Below are positions 61,101-64,000 of a stretch of 64,000 nucleotides of DNA, piece by piece; within the stretch, counting starts at the first letter, position 1, and the number at the start of each line of letters is the position of its first letter. The DNA is from Chara braunii (Eukaryota > Plantae > Charophyceae): assembly GCA_003427395.1 (NCBI GenBank), contig BFEA01000005.1, positions 2,655,793 through 2,719,792 on the forward strand. Reading direction: 5' to 3'. The translations under genes were made by a program, and so were the position numbers. The notes under the pieces are model-generated. The model did not search any database, was not told the DNA's origin, and was given only the letters and a program-made list of their open reading frames with translations.

Positions 61101-63447
61101 CACCCTCGGGTCCTAATGCCACGTGGGCAATCGGGCGTCTAACCGATTGCAAGATCCGGTCGTCTTCACTAGTGGTATCCCTATCGCTCATAAGCTACAA
61201 AAGTGTACACAATCTGCACTAAGTCACTCTTTGATGCTTACCGCAGCGTAGTGCACAAACCGATTTATAATAATTAAAATAACTAATTGGTGGTTGCGTT
61301 AGAGTAGATACACTTGGGTCCAACAGGTAAGTTCAAATTCCTACAAACGAAACTACTTTGACTTTAACTAGTTCGCAAACAGAATGGACAATGAACAGAA
61401 AACAGTTCTAACTATGCTTTATGTCAGATGTTAATGGTTGTACATCTAACTAATCAAAAATAAAAATAGAACCATTTGTTGGGTCTGTTTGCAGAATGGA
61501 ATCTTGCCCAAACTTATCACCTGGAATCTACCCCTCCCTCAATTCTTCATGAATGTCTCTTGTCGGCAGCATCCTTGAGCGATCCGGACAGCGTGTGTGT
61601 CTAAATGTGTGCACACGGCCCGCCCCTGTGCCCCGAGTCCCGCTGAGCTGGCCAACCCTGCACCGTATTTATCCTCGCGTGAAGCGAGCCTTACACCAAC
61701 CAATTGGCTGATCAGGAGGCGTTTTTATGGACGGCCCCCGAAGTCCTCAGGAATTATTCAACGTCGCGAACAGGACGACAATCACAGCCAATGGAAAGTC
61801 CCCGCCGGTACTTATTTATAGTCGTCCGGTCTTGTCTTTCCCATAGGGCTGGCCTGCCCCTCAGAACCCCTCTATAGCGCAACGAGCAGACAAAGGACAA
61901 AGCAACAAAGCATGTGTGCTCTACTCCCGGTGGGTTGGCATGGTCACTGTGACCCAGTGCTTCGTTCAGGGCCCTTCAAATAGCACCGCCCTCTCCTTCC
62001 AGATGCTCCACGTGAAGGCTGACCACTCTCAAGGTTGAGTGCACACGACTCCTCACATGAGAGGACTCTCAAGACATAACACACATCCTCACAATAAGAA
62101 GTGTCGAAGAGAGTAGATAAGGTTAGGTGCAACGTACCTCAAAATAGCTGCCCCCAACCATAAATATTCTCACCAGATGACCCGATGTTGATTGTGATGA
62201 CCAATCGCGGCTTCGACACAACCAGCATTGCACCACCGTTCCACCTCAGCATCAATCACACATCGAATAGTTCTCATCACACTGCGAGCATCCAATAATT
62301 ACCACGTAGTAGCCTTCCTGGCGATACCCCTCACCTCCTGGGTCGCCTCACTTGTCTCCACCCTCCTCACTACACACCTCCCACGGCCGCTCGCCCAGCA
62401 GACCGCGTGCATGTACCGCAAAGGCAGAAGACAAGCTTCAGATGAGCGCACCGTACCACAGCTCCGATACCAAATTGCAAGGAACATGAGCGATAGCGAA
62501 CTTCAGAAATCAAACAGCATCATACACATGAGACCAGATAGTCGTGACCTCGAACCAATAGCAGAATTGCATCACGAGTTCCACCAAATAAGNTGAGACC
62601 AGATAGTCGTGACCTCGAACCAATAGCAGAATTGCATCACGAGTTCCACCAAATAAGAACACAGCAAAAGCTCATAATTGACAATGCTCGAATAGTCTCA
62701 TCATCATCAACGAAGAACCAATGTCGATATCCTATCTGGCGCTCGGTGCCCAGACTACAAATGGCAGATCCTATCTAGCCTATCTACAATGCCGCTCATG
62801 ACGTCATCAGCTCCCCGAAGTACAAGCAGATCTCGGCCAATGCCGTACGCGTCAAGCACCAGGTGTGTCTCTCGTATCACTCACAACCTCGTTCCCCAAC
62901 TCACAGATGCCACATGCACCCAAGCACCACCATGTGCCCCATCCAGCATACAGCAGCGCAGCTCGGCTATGGCTGCCTGCTCCTTCCAGCTCGCCCGTGA
63001 GCGTGTGAGTGCTGGCCAGCGTTAGCGCAGCATGCAGCCAGTGCCCGAATGCCAAATGCGTGTGCAGGCCCTTTCCTAAATGGAAGTTGCCTGCCTGCCT
63101 TCCGTGCAGCCTGGCTGTGCTGGGCCCCTGCCCAGAAGCTTCCGGTAGGCCCAGAGAGGCTGAGCCCGGATCAGGCCGAAGGCCTGTGACAGTTACCCGT
63201 ACCCGACTGCCCGCAGCCTGAGTTGCGTATCTCACCAAGGGCCTGACTCAGATGCATTTGATAAAGGAAGCCAGGGCCCGGGCGCTTTCAACTAACTGGC
63301 GCTGCGCAACTGCCTAAGTTTTCCTCCCAGTTGCGAAGTAGTCCAACATAGGCCTCTTGTCGCCTGTCGAGCCTGCCTTCACTTAGGGCTGCCGACGCTA
63401 TTGCAAATAGGGGCCCCATAGGGCTTATCGAGGCCTTATGCCTCGCA
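55107..63447 (-). mobile_element. Full-length degenerate Ty3/Gypsy chromovirus-type LTR retrotransposon (element E)
   Basis: LTRs 55107-56038 and 62476-63447; PBS GCTCCGATACCA 62461-62472; PPT complement from 56039. Gag with zinc knuckle CIHCGRCGHNQFKC, RT/RNase H 57698-59107, integrase 56671-57469, GPY/F and chromodomain 56100-56646. Flanks CTTT/CTTT. Confidence 0.93.
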
Positions 63448-63626
63448 CTTTCAAGAAGACCTCTCCATTCCATCCTTCTCTCATTTTTTGTTTTTCCCCT
63501 GTGACAATACTTCAACTTTGCAATGTCTTTTCCACCTCTGGAAAAGTTGTCCTGTTGGTTATAGATGCTGGTTGGCTCAGTGTGTGGGCATGTTTTGTAT
63601 CTTGTTCGATATCTGTGGCTGTCCAG

Positions 63627-63706
63627 ATTGGCATGAGTGCACCACAAGGGTGTGGGAAGTCTACGCTTGTGGAAAGCTTGGAGACCCTTTTCGAATACGT
63701 GGGCAG
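63627..63706 (+). CDS. GLYK: D-glycerate 3-kinase, coding exon 2 (Walker A/P-loop); the gene continues beyond the window
   Basis: Acceptor TGTCCAG|ATT at 63626/63627. Encodes IGMSAPQGCGKSTLVESLETLFEYVG, equivalent to the plant GLYK motif IGFSAPQGCGKTTLV. Donor CAG|GTAAC at 63706/63707. Joins exon 1 in frame (PSALL+IGMSAPQG). Confidence 0.9.
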
Positions 63707-64000
63707 GTAACACCTTCTTCAACCCTTTGCTCATGCGCAAACTGCATCCCTCTCCTGCACTGATGTTGAGCATTGTGAAACCTCATATCGCTGCCTGTGC
63801 CTTGCCATCGGTATCTTTTTGCTTTTTCTTCTGAGTGAGGACGCCGCCCGGGTAAACCTTGCGGGCCAAAATACCACCCATAATTTTTAAATTTTTTGTT
63901 TTGAAACTGTGGTCGTTCTGCGCTCGGCGAGAGCGTCCGCCGAGAGGACCCCGAATCTGCAATAAAATTTTGGTTTTTGAGGGTGGGGGGGGCGCTGGGG

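Larger units (their letters stand above)
11514..63626 (+). other. GLYK intron 1, ~52.1 kb, filled with transposable elements
   Basis: GT at 11514 and AG at 63625-63626; the in-frame join restores a continuous GLYK protein. Contains four N-gaps, so the length is approximate. Confidence 0.8.

Noticed and set aside
62529-62660. Internal duplication specific to the 5' LTR of element E
   Set aside because: Exact duplicate joined at a single N; most likely a contig-overlap artefact.

Overview
Eukaryotic, repeat-rich nuclear DNA. The gene type, Ty3/Gypsy content, long intron and scaffold gaps suggest a charophyte alga such as Chara; the organism is an inference. Only one host gene is visible: a chloroplast-type D-glycerate 3-kinase (GLYK) on the + strand. 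Coding exon 1 is 10311-11513 and coding exon 2 (P-loop, IGMSAPQGCGKST) is 63627-63706, separated by a ~52.1 kb GT-AG intron. The intron and upstream region hold nested, degenerate chromovirus-type Ty3/Gypsy elements, LINE fragments, Harbinger-like and TTAA-target MITEs, mitochondrial insertions (nad6, trnN, trnfM), three U6 snRNA retrocopies and microsatellites. Notable small structures are an intact minimal type I hammerhead ribozyme (5776-5820, probably Penelope-like), a 52-bp minisatellite built from the 3' half of an organellar tRNA-fMet, a covarying stem-loop shared by several non-LTR 3' ends, and AT-hook-like RGRP insertions in two integrase chromodomains. A Nextera mate-pair junction adapter at 36453-36490 is an assembly artefact.
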